The notes under the pieces: generated by a model | Told to the model about the DNA's origin: nothing | The model's input: only the letters and a program-made list of their open reading frames with translations | The model's database searches: none | Shown: in pieces, positions 25,533 to 37,504 of the stretch | Position numbering within the stretch: the first letter of the stretch is position 1 | Layout of the letters: each line of letters opens with the position of its first letter | Origin: Lama glama | Taxonomy: Eukaryota | DNA length: 64,000 bases | Assembly: GCA_028534125.1 (NCBI GenBank) | Contig: CM052818.1 | Location: forward strand, 7,194,001-7,258,000 | Reading direction: 5' to 3' | Made by a program: the position numbers and the translations under genes

Positions 25533-25994
25533 TAGGTGCTTTCTTTATATGAGGAACTGTTTTAGGCACTGGGGATACAGCCGTGAACAAGGCAACAAAG
25601 GTTCCTGGCTTAATGAAGTTTATAGTCTTGGCAGGAGACACAGATAACATAAAATAAACAATAGATGTTGGTAATGCGTGCTGAGAAGAAAAATCAGAGC
25701 AGGTGGGGGCTAGGGAGGGCTAGGACACCATTTTAGTGAGTGTTCAGAGCAGGAGGGAGGGAGGAAGGGAGCCATGCAGAGGGAGGGCCATCCCCCAGGT
25801 GGCCAGTGCTTTTTGGGTTGGGACAGCCCCAACATAAAGGCCAGTTCCCACAACTGGGGGCTTCTGGATGACAAGGTTGCTGAATGCCCTCAACCCTCTG
25901 CCAGAACCTTTCCTGGGGCACGTAGGTCCTTCCTGGCCTTGGCCTTGGGCCTCCCTGCCATGCCAAGAGCACCGTCAGGGCTGTTTCTTTCTCA

Positions 25995-26155
25995 TCTATG
26001 AACCAGGAAGCAGGCTCTCACCAGAATATAGCCAAGCTGGAGCTTTGATCTCTTACTTGCCAGCCTCGAGAACTGTGAGAAATAAATTTCTGTTGTTCGT
26101 AAGCTACCCAGTCCATAGTGTTTTTATGAAAGCAACCTGAGAGGCCTAAGACACT
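25995..26155 (+). mobile_element. MLT1 LTR 3' fragment
   Basis: ccaggaagcaggctctcaccaga...ccagcctcgagaactgtgagaaataaatttctgttgtt...ctaagaca. Confidence 0.8.
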
Positions 26156-29100
26156 ATTATAAGAAATATAGGGGATAGAGGGACAAAGCTAAATGACACT
26201 AGCAGGAAACAATCAGATAAATCCAGAATGTGGGATGGTCTGTAAGACAACTGGCCTAGTCTTTTCAAAAAAATCAGTGCAATGAAAACAGGCTGAGAAA
26301 ACTATTCTACATTAAAAGGAACATGTAATTAAATGGATGCATACTCCTTGAGCAGACCCTGGTTTGAACAGTTGAGCTTAAATGACCTTTTAGGGACACT
26401 TGGAGGAGTGTGAATAGACTGGGTTTCAAATGGTATTCAGAAATTATTGTTAATTTCTTAGGTGTGGTCACAGTACTCGAAATAAGAATGTTTTTTTAAA
26501 ATTTTGGATGTGATGTTGGTGTGTGGGGGTGACAGGTGATGATGTCCATAATTTATCCTGAAATTGCAAAGAAGTAAGTAAATAAAATCTAAGCTATCTA
26601 AGGTTCAAGATGGCTTAAGGAAGGAAAAGGGGATACCCCAGGGGACATAGCTAACCTTCCTAGGCTTGGCTGGGCCCCAAATGCTTGACAAAACCCCAGG
26701 GTACATGCTTTCTGTGTGTTTAGTAGGGAAATGTACACAGCACCTGGTACACAGCAGATGCTTAACCGAAGTTGAATGAATGAATGGATAGCCTTTGTGG
26801 GATTCACCTCCTAGGATGGATTTTGGCTGAGCACCTCCCCCATACACACATTTACATCCCACCTACCCTTCAAGCCCATCACAAGACAAGTAAATACATT
26901 AACAGACTGTCAAAGGTCATTTTTTATGGATGCCCCAGGCACGGCCCTCTGAGGTCTCCCTTGATGATTCTGGGCCCTGTTGCCATCTCCTCTCCCCGAG
27001 CTCCTTCAGCATCTCCTGGAGGCCCCCTCATGGAGCTCAGTTACTTCTGGAGCCTCGGCACCATTCAGGTCGAGTCAGTTGCTCATAATCATTCAGTCAT
27101 GAACAGCTGGCCTGCTGGTCCCTAATTATTTCATCGAATCAGGTGCTGCATTGTAAACAGCCTTGTACCCCATAAAGCTCTCAAGTCAGGTGAAACACAT
27201 CGTAGGTACCAAATAAGAACTTGGTGTCCTCAATAATAATAATAATATGCCTACCATTTATTGAACACTTAACTCTTTCCAAGTGTCATAGTAAATGTTT
27301 AATGAGAGTTATCTCTTTAATTCTCCTAAGAAGCCTGTTTTGGTATTTTTTTAAAATTTAATTCCTATCCCTATTTTACAAACTTCGTCTCACAATTAGG
27401 AAGTGGCAGGGCCAAGATTCTAACTCTGTTTGCCTCATCCCTGCTTCTCTCCCAGCAGCAATGTTCAGCCACATCTGTGGTCCTCGAAGGCCCCGGATCC
27501 TTTAGTCATGGCCTAGGTGAATACATGAGGGCAGTTAGGGAAGGCCCCAGGGCCCACGAGCTGCCACTCCAGTTACATCCTTTGTTCTCTACCAAGCTCC
27601 ATGTTGAAATGATTATCCAAAATAATAGCTCATGTCCCTTCTTTCACAATCCTCAGAAGCACACCACAGGGTGGTTCAGTCGGGCAGGTTGACATGTCAC
27701 CTTGTGGAAGTGCCTGGGAGGACCCCTTCTCAGTATCTGGGTGACAGACACTCCCCTTCAGCCAGGAAAATGTTCAGGCCTTCGAGCGCCTTTGGCTTCT
27801 TGTCAGTCCTCAGGGGAAGGGGTTCCTGGCTGGTCCCCACTAGCATCTGAACTAGGAAGGACTGTTTCTCATCTGTGCTCCTCGCTCAGGGCCAATCTGT
27901 CTCGCGGCCGGTGGAGACTGATACTAGATAAAGACCAGTTGTCGCTGCTGGGCTCTCCCCAGGTTTTCTACCCCCGAATGCATCGTTTCAACAGGTGTCT
28001 GGTGACACAGGACCCGTGAGGTCCTGCCTGCCCCACAGATGTTAGGTTCCAGCCACAAAACAAAAAAAAACAAAAACAAAACAAAACAAAAATCTGGGGT
28101 GGGAAAAAAGAATCCAGATTTCACTGAAAATGAAGCTTTCCAAGGCTGCTGACTAAGGAGTTTTCTTTCCAAACATCTGAGACGGCAAACAGATTGTAAA
28201 TTAAGCGGGAGTTACAGGAGAGCAGCTGAAGGGGAACAACGCCTCCTGCTCTCTGGTTGTGGCTGGTGCGGCCCTGACAGGACCCAGGCAGCAGGGAAAG
28301 GTGATAACCCAGGTGGGCAGGCGGGATGGGCCTGGGGTGCGGGGAGGGGACAGCCTTCAGGCTTCTTCCTTGAGCCCAGGGGGAGCAGTTTATTCTGACA
28401 GGAGGTGGAATGCTGGCCTGTGTCTTCTCTTGAGCTAGTGAATTAGTGATTCCCACCCAGATCAAAGTTCAGGCTCCCAAGGCAACTCAGCAAAAATAAA
28501 ATGAAACAAATTCTAACCCCACTCAGACGGAGGTTTCCCATCAGCAATGCATGAAGCCAGGGGTTGGATGGTCCTTGAGTCATACTCCTCTCCTTCCTGC
28601 TGAATAAAAATACTGATTTCAGTCAAATGTCTCCATTTAGCTGAGGCTTGAATTTATAACGGGAGGAGAGTCCCTGGGGTAGCTGTCTCTGGCAGTTATC
28701 CTGGTGGATTTGGGGTGCTGGGGCTGTGATGGGGAGCCTGGGCCCAGAACCAAAAAGTCAGAAGAAATTCCCCTACCGTGACCCCACCACCTCCGGCCCC
28801 CACGAGGAAGTCCTGCTTTGGAGAACAGAACAGAACTAGAGGGTGGAGAAGGTGGGATGTTGAAAGCCCGTGGATGGCTGGGCAGGTTTCAACATGGAGC
28901 ATGCCTTCAAGGTCCCCTTGTCGTGTCCCTAGAGTTCAGTGACGTTCAGTGTGACACCTGCTTTCAGGGATTGCAAGCTTTGTCTGAGGACTCCTAAGCG
29001 GGGTCCTCTGAGCCCCTCTGAGCACGCCCAGGCCTTGCTCAGAGACGTACTTCCCATCACCACGCACTCAGGTGAGAGGCCTGTTCCTTCTTTTCGGTTG

Positions 29101-30817
29101 TCTGAATGAACCCAGTGAATTCTTGTGGGATTGGCTGACCTCAGCAATTGGATTTCAGGGATGACTGAAATGGTTGGTTTGGCCATAATGCAGTCCAGCA
29201 GGACATCTGGAAACACATTTGACCAAATCCCAAGGAACAGTGGGCAAGGTTAGGGTTCCAGGGTTGGGAGTCGCTTGCAGAGCCATGTGCTTTCCAGCTG
29301 GGGCCCACCTAGCGGTGTGGGTGGCACAGCTGTTCCCTAGGAGCGGCTGAGATCCCCCGTGTCCAGCCCCTACTTGCTGCTTGCACAAGGAAGGAAGCGA
29401 GGCCCAACCAAACCAAAATGGCTCTCGGCAAAATGGAAACTCCATGAGGTAGGTGTTGGTTGCTTCGGAGCTTGGAGAATCAAGTCAGTGATCAATGGAA
29501 TAGGGTATTTTGGGGGAAAAATTCAGATGGAGCTTGAAGTGGGGCTCATAATATTTGCAGGCCAAGGCACAGCACAGATTCTGGAAGGATCTCTCCAGTT
29601 CACCAAGGGGCTCAGCACCAAATGGTTTAGGAAGCAAACAAGATGAAAGTCTGTCCATGTGCCAGGCCCTGTGCCAGACGCGGTCTCCACCCTCCAGGGG
29701 CTCATGGCCTGAGGGAGAAATGAGCAAACCGGTCCCTGGGAGGCAAGGCTGCAGGGGCAGGGACGGCCCTTGTCACCAAGGAGCTGATGTGCTGCTGTGA
29801 AGTGTTCAGCCTCTGGCATCAGACAGACCTGGCTTCTAGACTCGTCTGCTTCCTGGTTAAGGGACCTTGGGAAAGTGCTACAGTGTTCCAAGTCTTGGTT
29901 TCCTCCCCAGTAAATTGGGCCTGCGTACAGTTTAGGTACCTCCTAGGGTTCTTGGGAAGATTCAGAGAGAGGGCGTGTGCAAAGCACGTGCCTGGCACCC
30001 AGTGGTGCTCCTAACAACGCAAGCTCATTTGATGATAATAAAGTAAACCTCGTGTTGTTGGAGAGGTTTGCCGAGCACCCCGGGAGGCTGGAGACCAGCT
30101 GTCTGGTGCTGGCCAAGGCGGCGAGGCGGGTGGTGGTGCATCAGAAGGTGATGGTGGCCACGTGGTGAGGAAAAGCGTCCCTGGGAGGACACGTGGGGTC
30201 CAGGCAAGAAGCTGGACGTGCTGGCAGAGCCCAGTGTGCAGGGGACACAGCCCTCAGGTGCTGGGCAACATGCCAGGGAGTTAAGGCTTTGTTGGGGAGA
30301 GGGGTGAAGGGATTCTAGGAAGGCTTTCCAACAGGGCAAGAGTACTGCTGTCACAGTGGAAGACTGGGTGGGAAGGGAGGCCAGGCTGGAGGGCCAGAGT
30401 GGGCTGTCACCATGGTTACGTCAGAGTTTCTGGGGGCCTGAAGATGGAGGAAATGGGTGTGTAGGAGGCATCACTGGTAGGGTTCCAGGAACAGTAGGAT
30501 TCGGGATGAGGGGAGACAGCAGGCCAAAAGCGAGTGTGGAGTTTGGGCAATTAATGGTGACAGGGCCACCAAGGTGGGGGCGTGGGTGCGGGAGGCAGAT
30601 AAGAGCCTGGCTTCAGGGCAGGAGTCTGTGGGGTGTCTGGGTGGAATGGTGGGGCCGTGCAGAGCTCAGGGTAGGGGCAAGGATGAGGATCTCCATCAAG
30701 AATGTTTGTTACCTGCTTGGACTGAGGAGCCAGATGGAGAAATCTAGGAGACCCTCACTGGCCCCCAGGAGGGAGTCTGCTCCCCAGAGAGGAGCATGAG
30801 CGTCAGAAGTGAGTCCA

Positions 30818-31020
30818 GGGGAAGGCACAGCTCAAGTGGTAGGGCCCATGCCTAGCATGTACAAGGTCCTGGGTTCAGTCCCCAGTGTTGCCTCTAAAAA
30901 TAAATAAATTAACCTAATTAAATTAAATAAACCTCCTAATTAATTAAGTAAACCTCCTAATTAATTAAATCAACCTCCCTCTCTCTCAAAAATAAAAAAG
31001 CAAAAAACTTAAAAAAAAAA
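30818..31020 (+). mobile_element. tRNA-derived SINE (vic-1-like) with expanded tail
   Basis: ggggaaggcacagctcaagtggtagggcccatgcctagcatgtacaaggtcctgggttcagtccccag. Confidence 0.85.
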
Positions 31021-31523
31021 AGGCAAGTCCAGAGGTGAAGGCCAAAGGAGTCAGTGTCACCGTTCTTTACCTAATCCCCGGTGTAGATAGGTAAGGGGAC
31101 CGCCGTCTAGTCCTTAAATCCCAGTCTGGGGAGACTGTGATACGAGATGCTATCCTCAGAGAGAGTCCAGCTGAAAAGATTAGGTAAAGTGGTGGACAAC
31201 TGAGGCATGAGCTGCACCAAGGGTAACCCAAGTATTGTGCACATCAGGCGAGCCTTTCTGAAGACAGCTGTGTCTCCTGCCATCAGCCTTTTATCTGCAT
31301 CATCACTGATGGAACACTGACCCGGATGAGTGACGATACACAAAATTATTTATCGAGGGCTTGCTAAGTGCCGGTGATTATGTGGATTATCCTCATTTAA
31401 TCCCCCATCCTGAGTAGATGTCATTTTACCTGCTACTAGTTTTATCACCCTTATGCTCTTTTTGGAGCACTAGGGCACAGAAATTTTCCAGTTGGACGAG
31501 GTGTTGGAGATCATCTATAGAAA

Positions 31524-31960
31524 TGTAACAGAGAAGGACCCTGTGGTGCGTTTCAGGGACAGACCCCTCCCCGGTGTCCTCTGCTGTAGCTTCTCTCTGA
31601 AGTACCTAGATGATAGGGTCTCATGCATAGTTTCTGAGTGTTTCAGATGCTAAAACCCGCCACCAAATGGAAGAAATTAACTATTTGATGATCATGGGCA
31701 AGTAGCCCCCAGACGTTCTGGCTCTTTAAGACTGAGCACCACCCACCAATCAGAGAATTGTGCACAGCTGATCAAAGACGCCGGGACGCCCCGCCCTCAG
31801 CGGGCCTTTGAAAGTGCTCAGCTGAAACCCTTCAGGGAGTCGGAGGTTTTGGAGGCCTGAGCCGCTCTTTCTCCTTGCTCAGCTCAGCAGTAGCTTTCTC
31901 TACTCCATGCTTAGTTTGGTGTTTATTGACCTCTCTGAGCTTTGGGCACATGGACTTACA
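31524..31960 (+). repeat. ERV 5' LTR
   Basis: Begins tgtaacagagaaggaccc. Shares long blocks such as gtcctctgctgtagc and ctctctgaagtacctagatga with 36637-37067. The 3' boundary is approximate. Confidence 0.9.
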
Positions 31961-31962
31961 AA

Positions 31963-31977
31963 GCCAGCCCAGGAGTC
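31963..31977 (+). promoter_or_regulatory. Degenerate primer-binding site, tRNA-Arg(ACG) type
   Basis: agccagcccaggagtc directly after the LTR, compared with TGGCGAGCCAGCCAGGAG, the complement of the tRNA-Arg(ACG) 3' end. The TGG start is lost. Confidence 0.65.
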
Positions 31978-32877
31978 TGCGCCCGTCACAAGTCGACCCT
32001 GACCGGGGGTAGCCCCTTCCCTGGGTTCCCAGCAGCTGCCAGAGCTCACTTCAGTCCTGGGAACTGGAGGGGAATCTCCCGACAGACGCCAACCATCCCA
32101 CCGCACCAGGCTGTTTGGATCCGAGAAACTATGTCCTGAACTACGGTCCACATTCGGTGTTGCCTGGGTCGGTGAGTGGCTCCAGCTCGTGCAGGCTGGG
32201 AATCCTCTCCAAACCCTCTGGGCTTGTTCCCTTGAGGGAAGTGAGCTGCTCTGGGCTGTTCTCTTTCGAGAGCTGGGCCAGTCTGTTTGGAGGGCTCCAT
32301 CTGGGAGTGAAAGTAGGATTTTTAGATTACACCTCCTCTGGTTGTGGTCTGTGCAGCCGTACCTTACTTGTCTTGTGCATCATTTTAGGGCGCGCAGGAT
32401 GGGAAAACTCTACCCACTCCACCTGGGCTCGTTCCCTTCCAGGAAGTGAGCTGTTCAGGGCTCATTGGGATCCCCTCTGGGCCCTTTCTCTTTGAGGAGC
32501 CAGGCCACACTGAAAGCTTCCGTCTGGGAATGGAAGTGGAACTTGGGGGCTACACCTCGTCTGGTCTTTGGTGGGACCATGTTTGTTGTTTGTACGTGTG
32601 TGTATCCATACTGGCATTGGCCGGCGGAGATGTCTTTGGTGAGAAATGAGGCTCACGTGTGCCCACCCCAGTCGTGCTGGTTGGGGTTTTCCGTTCCTAG
32701 CCTTGGTCATTCATTCAGCCTCATCTCTGATGCAGCATTGGTTGGGGTTCTCCCCTTTTGGGCTGACTGGACATTGATTGGGAATCCCCCTTTGTGGGGC
32801 TAGGAAACTGACCCTGAGAGACCACTTTGAGTTGCTGTTTGCCTGTTAGTTGGTAACATCAGCTGTGAATAATTAAG

Positions 32878-33012
32878 GATGGATTATCAGAGCTCCATCT
32901 CATAGTCCCCGTAGCGTGTATTTTGAAAACTGGGAGATCTTCAGCTATGTTCTCATAAGTGAAAGAAAATGATATTTTTTATGGTAATGCTGTGTGGGCT
33001 CAGTACTCTGAA
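32878..33012 (+). pseudogene. ERV gag matrix N-terminal remnant (frameshifted)
   Basis: SPVACILK...IFYGNAVWAQYS resembles the ERV1 Gag MA pattern SPLGCILK.W...IFFCN.AWPQY. Confidence 0.6.
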
Positions 33013-33466
33013 ATCTGGAGAACAATTGCTAAGGGCTCTGCTGTTATATCAAAGTCGGCCTTTTGCAATTGTTTCGGCTTTTATCTCGGGGGTGGGGGGA
33101 GGCAGCGGCGTGTGTTTTGTACCAGAGTCCAAATCCTGTTCTCTCTTCCTGGTTTTGCTGAAAGTGAGGCATGTGAATGTGAGCAAATGATATACATATT
33201 ATTGTCTATTGGGGAACGGGGTAGGGAAAAAAGTCCTGAAAATGGCCAAGATGGTTGGGTTTTGTTAAAGTAGTTAGAGGAGGAATTTGCATTTCTCATT
33301 TTGTGCCTTTGAGATGTAGATGATGTAACTGGGCTCTCAAGTTTAAAAATTAAAAGAGTTTTAAAACTCAAGCGGAAAAAACGGTGAGATCTCTGGTTCT
33401 GTCTGTCTTTATGTAAAAAATTGACTTGTGAATAAGTTCTATTTAATTGACTTAAAAATAAGTGCT

Positions 33467-33760
33467 GAAGGGGACCTCAATTGTGTTACTAATGTTCTGA
33501 TTTGTTAAACTTGCTTTTTGGTATGTTTTACATATGTATATAGTTTGTGTTTTTTGAATAAATGATATATTTCATAGTTTAAAAAAAAGTAGGACCCTGA
33601 ATGAATTTCACTGATGTTTAAAGTAAATCATTCTGTAATGTACTATATTGAGAAAATGTATTAAAATGTGTAAGGTATGTTCTCATATTTTGTAGCCACC
33701 TGTTTAGATAAGTATTGTGACTAGCAGTTAATAAAATCTATTGAAAATAGAAAGAAAAAA
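33467..33760 (+). pseudogene. 5'-truncated retrocopy-like insert (mRNA 3' end) inside the ERV
   Basis: AATAAA at 33730-33735, a decayed A tail, and flanking near-duplication aaaaataagtgct (33454-33466) / aaaaaaagtgct (33755-33766). Confidence 0.55.
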
Positions 33761-35680
33761 AGTGCTTACAAATACTTCTAAGTATAAAAAAAGAAGCTAG
33801 ACGGAACAAATTTCAGGTTCACGTGATGTAGGAAATATTCAGTACTGATACTGATATTAAAGCTAGCCTAAATTTGTTGGTATAATCAATACAGTTTTTT
33901 TTATTACCTAGGCTTACTGAAGGCCAGTAAGTTCATGTTCTGTTGCAGTTTGTCAGCAGAAAGGAAAAATAACTTGGCATGGTAAAATTCTTATAAATGA
34001 ATTAAATGCAAGTGAGATAAAAAAACTTTTGAGTGAACTTTTTAATAGAAATAGTTGTGTTTTGAGAATGTCTTCTTAAAAGTGATCTCTCCAGATATTT
34101 AGTAACTTGAAATTTTGGAGTTGGGCTGAATTAGGTTAAATGATGGATGCTTATTGAGGAGTTGACTAGCTCGGTCATTCCCAAACGAAATAAGATACTG
34201 AAACATTCACTGGGGATTGGGATTGGGGGGGATTGAGGATTCCGGTTTAGATGTGTACTGGAAGCTACTAGGAGTAGCGGGGAAGGTGTTTGGGTGTGCA
34301 GTGGGAAAGGAGGATGCATGTTTTAAGCGGAGGAGGGTGTGAGGAATGGAATTGCATTTTGTTAAGATAAAAGAAAGTGGTTTGGTCCTAGAGCCACTTG
34401 TTTCTGAATGGAGAAGAAATGGGGGACAAACTAAATGCATACAGAGCTGTGGAAAAGTTTGTAGAAAAGGAGCCCTAAAAAAGGAGTTCTCTGTATGGTC
34501 AAGCTGAGATTAAACTTAAGTAGGTAAATGGATTTTATTGTAAGTAGGCTGGTGCAGGACTAGATTTGGTTCCTCTTAGTTAAGAGAACAAGTTTACTTA
34601 TTTTGCTTCTGATGACAGATTGTGTGAAATGTTTTGTTATTTTTGACAAACTTCCCATCAAATTCTAATTAAAATTCTTTTGACTTCAGCTAACTTCGGG
34701 ATGCTGCAGAGGCCCCCTGAGACATCTCAGAGAAAAATGTTTCACTAGGGTTTGTTGGTATGTTGAATGTGTGCATGGGAAGCATTGTCAAATGAGTGAT
34801 AAGCCTCCTCGGATTATACAGTATGGATAGATGTTGTTATATGGACATTTTACAGATTACATAAGGTTTCTGAAATTTGAATATGACTTGCTATAATGCT
34901 ATCAGTCATAATCCTGGTTATTATCTTGGAATGTTTGTCACAGCAACTTGATTAAGCTCCTTTTTCAAAAATATTGTAATCAGATCTTTTACTTTGCCTT
35001 TTTGGGTCTTTTGTCATTCGTAGACAGCTAAGCTAATGCTTTGCAGAACTGCTTCATCTTAAAGAGGATTCACCAAGAGGACTTTTTTGACAAGTGCAGG
35101 TTTCCTGTAAATCATAAGGCTGAGCTGAGGAGGATGTTTAAGAAGTCTAGTGAAAACTCGGATTTCATGGAACTGTTGGTAAAGGGGACTGATTGCATGG
35201 GATTGAGTGAACCGATGAATATGCTTCTAATTTGTTGGTTGTCTAAAGTATCGCTGGCTTTTAATCTGCTTTCCAATTGAGCTGTTTACCAGATATTTGT
35301 CACCGTATCAGTATAGAACCCAGTGTTTAGAATAGAAAGAGAATTCTCTAATGGAGTTGTCAGAGTATGACTTCTGACCATGTATGATAGAACAGTGCCT
35401 ACTTTAGGTCTATTGCTAAAAGCACACGTACAATGCTCCTGTAGCAATTGGGTATAAGCGATAAAATGTACGGCCTGCAAAATGTTTACCCATTTAACAC
35501 ACCTCAGAGCCTGTTTACAACATCTGATGAGTTTTCCCCGCAACGTGGATAACTAGGCAAACACAAAGGAAGCCTAGCACTAAGGGACACGAGCTAAACC
35601 TGGAGCAGTAGCTACCACCCCAGCATAGATAGATAGATATTTTGATCATCAATGCTTTCTATGAAAGATTTGTGATCAAA

Positions 35681-35808
35681 AGGGGAGGTATTTAGGTTTA
35701 TTTATTTTCATATTCATTTATTTATTTTAATGGAGGTACTGGGGATTGAACCCAGGACCTAGTGCATGCTGGGCACGCACTCTACCCTTGAGCTATACCC
35801 TACCCCCG
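35681..35808 (-). mobile_element. tRNA-derived SINE (vic-1-like) nested in the ERV
   Basis: ggaggtactggggattgaacccaggacctagtgcatgctgggcacgcactctacccttgagctataccc. Confidence 0.9.
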
Positions 35809-36109
35809 CCAAAATGGGAAATGATGGGGAAATCTGCACATATTGAAGTATGAGGAAGACAGTCTGGCTTATGCATGGTTTGACTTAAAACAGGCCACTT
35901 AGGTCAGTAAAGTTTATGGCCTTTTGGAAATGCATATAGTACTTCTGTCTTGGGGAGGGGAATGCATTTGAAAGTCAAAATGGAGTAGGTGTGGTTCAGG
36001 CATCAAAGGGAAAACTAGGTGGCCCTTGTGGATGTGATTTCAGACACATTCCTGTGTTGAGAGCCATCAAAAGCTGTGTCTGCTGGCAGCTGCAACTTTG
36101 TGACCTCAA

Positions 36110-36290
36110 AATCTCTTATAACTATTAAATTTTCAGACAATAAAATTCTTTCAGATCAGATGTTAGCAGAAAAAAGGAGATGCATAGTGGCCAATAGTTC
36201 TTGTTATATATGTGTTAATACCACATCAAAAGTTAAAACCTACTCAGATAAAAGTAGACAACTGACTACCTGGCTACAAGGCTCCCCCAA
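36110..36290 (+). pseudogene. ERV env transmembrane-subunit remnant
   Basis: DNKILSDQMLAEKRRCIVANSSCYICVNTTSKV is a decayed immunosuppressive domain (DNRIALDYLLAEQGG) plus a CX6CC motif (here CX6CY). Confidence 0.75.
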
Positions 36291-36636
36291 AGGGCCAGGT
36301 CCAGACTGTGTTCACGCTTATTCTCCTGAATTCCTCAGGGAATGAGATCTTGATCATACAGGATTCAGATCCAAGACTTGGAATTTGGGAGTATTTCCAA
36401 CTTGGTGTCCATTCCCCAAATCATGGTAGGACTGTGCCCCAGTTCAGCAGGAAGCAGTCAGAGCAGGCATGCCCCATTCCTTGAAAGATGCAGGGAGGGA
36501 TGAAACAGGATTGGAGACTGAAACCAAGTTCCTCTGCCGAATTTGTGGTTAACCTCTCTGTCCAAAATATTATTCCCCTTCTTGTCCAATACCTGTTCTC
36601 CTCAAGATTGAGGAGCATCAAAGAAAACGGGGAAAT

Positions 36637-37067
36637 TGTAACCGAGCAGGACCCTATGGGGCCTTCCCAGTACAGACCCCTCCCACACGTCCTCTGCTGT
36701 AGCTCCTCTCTGAAGTACCTAGATGACAGGGTCTCATGCATAGTTCCTGAGCTTTCCAGATGCTAGAACCCACCACCAAACAGGAGAAATTAACTACTTG
36801 ATGATCAGGAGCTCACAGCATCCAGAGCTTCCGGTGCCTAAGGATTGGGTACCATCAACAAATCAGAACTGTGCACAGCCGATCACAGACCCTGGGACAC
36901 CCCCCCCCCAGCAGGCCTTTAAAAATGCTCAGCAGAAACCTTTCAGGGTTTTTTGGGGGCATAAGCCATTCATTCTCCTTTCATGGCCCAGCAATAAACC
37001 TTTCTCTGCTCCAAACCTTGTTTGGTATTTTTTGGCCTGACTGCATCAGGCACACGGTTCAGTAACA
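36637..37067 (+). repeat. ERV 3' LTR
   Basis: Preceded by a purine tract aagaaaacggggaaa. Runs tgtaacc...gtaaca with TATA-like tttaaaaa and AATAAA (~36993). Confidence 0.9.
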
Positions 37068-37351
37068 GGAATGCTCAGGATGCCCACGAAATGCCATGGG
37101 CAGGGTGTGAGGGATTCGGCAAGGTTCTGCCTGTTCTTAGGATCTGTGGGCAAGATGGAGAAATGTGGGTGCTGCTGTGCTGGGAAGACATACATGCCCA
37201 GCCTTCCTGGTGCTCTGGGAGGGGAGTTGTGGAGATTTGTACATCTGTGTCTGTAACTTGGATCCCAAAGTTTATTGATCAATCTGTGGATGACAAAGCT
37301 GAGGAAGAGGGGAGAGACTATGCGCTAGAGGGTACATTTAAGATTTGATGA

Positions 37352-37504
37352 AGGAGGGAGGGTATAGCTCAAGTGGCAGAGCTTATGCTTAGCACACATG
37401 AGGTCCTGGGTTCAATCCCCAGTACCTCCGTTAAAGAAAAATAAACAAACCTAATTACCTCCCCTGACAAGAAGAAAAAGAAAAAAGATTAAAAAAAAAA
37501 AGGA
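37352..37504 (+). mobile_element. tRNA-derived SINE (vic-1-like) with 12-bp TSD
   Basis: A/B-box head. The TSD aagatttgatga lies at 37340-37351 and 37505-37516. Confidence 0.92.

Larger units (their letters stand above)
31524..37067 (+). mobile_element. Decayed class I (ERV1/gamma-like) endogenous retrovirus, non-coding
   Basis: Two homologous ~430-bp LTRs (TG...CA), a degenerate tRNA-Arg PBS, a PPT before the 3' LTR, gag-MA and env-TM remnants, and imperfect 4-bp flanks gaaa/ggaa. Confidence 0.9.

Noticed and set aside
35400..35520. Possible integrase C-terminal remnant (FTHLTHLRA)
   Set aside because: The similarity is too short and weak to support by eye.
36076..36345. Domesticated env or syncytin-like gene
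   Set aside because: Only a short degenerate TM fragment, with no ATG-initiated full-length ORF.
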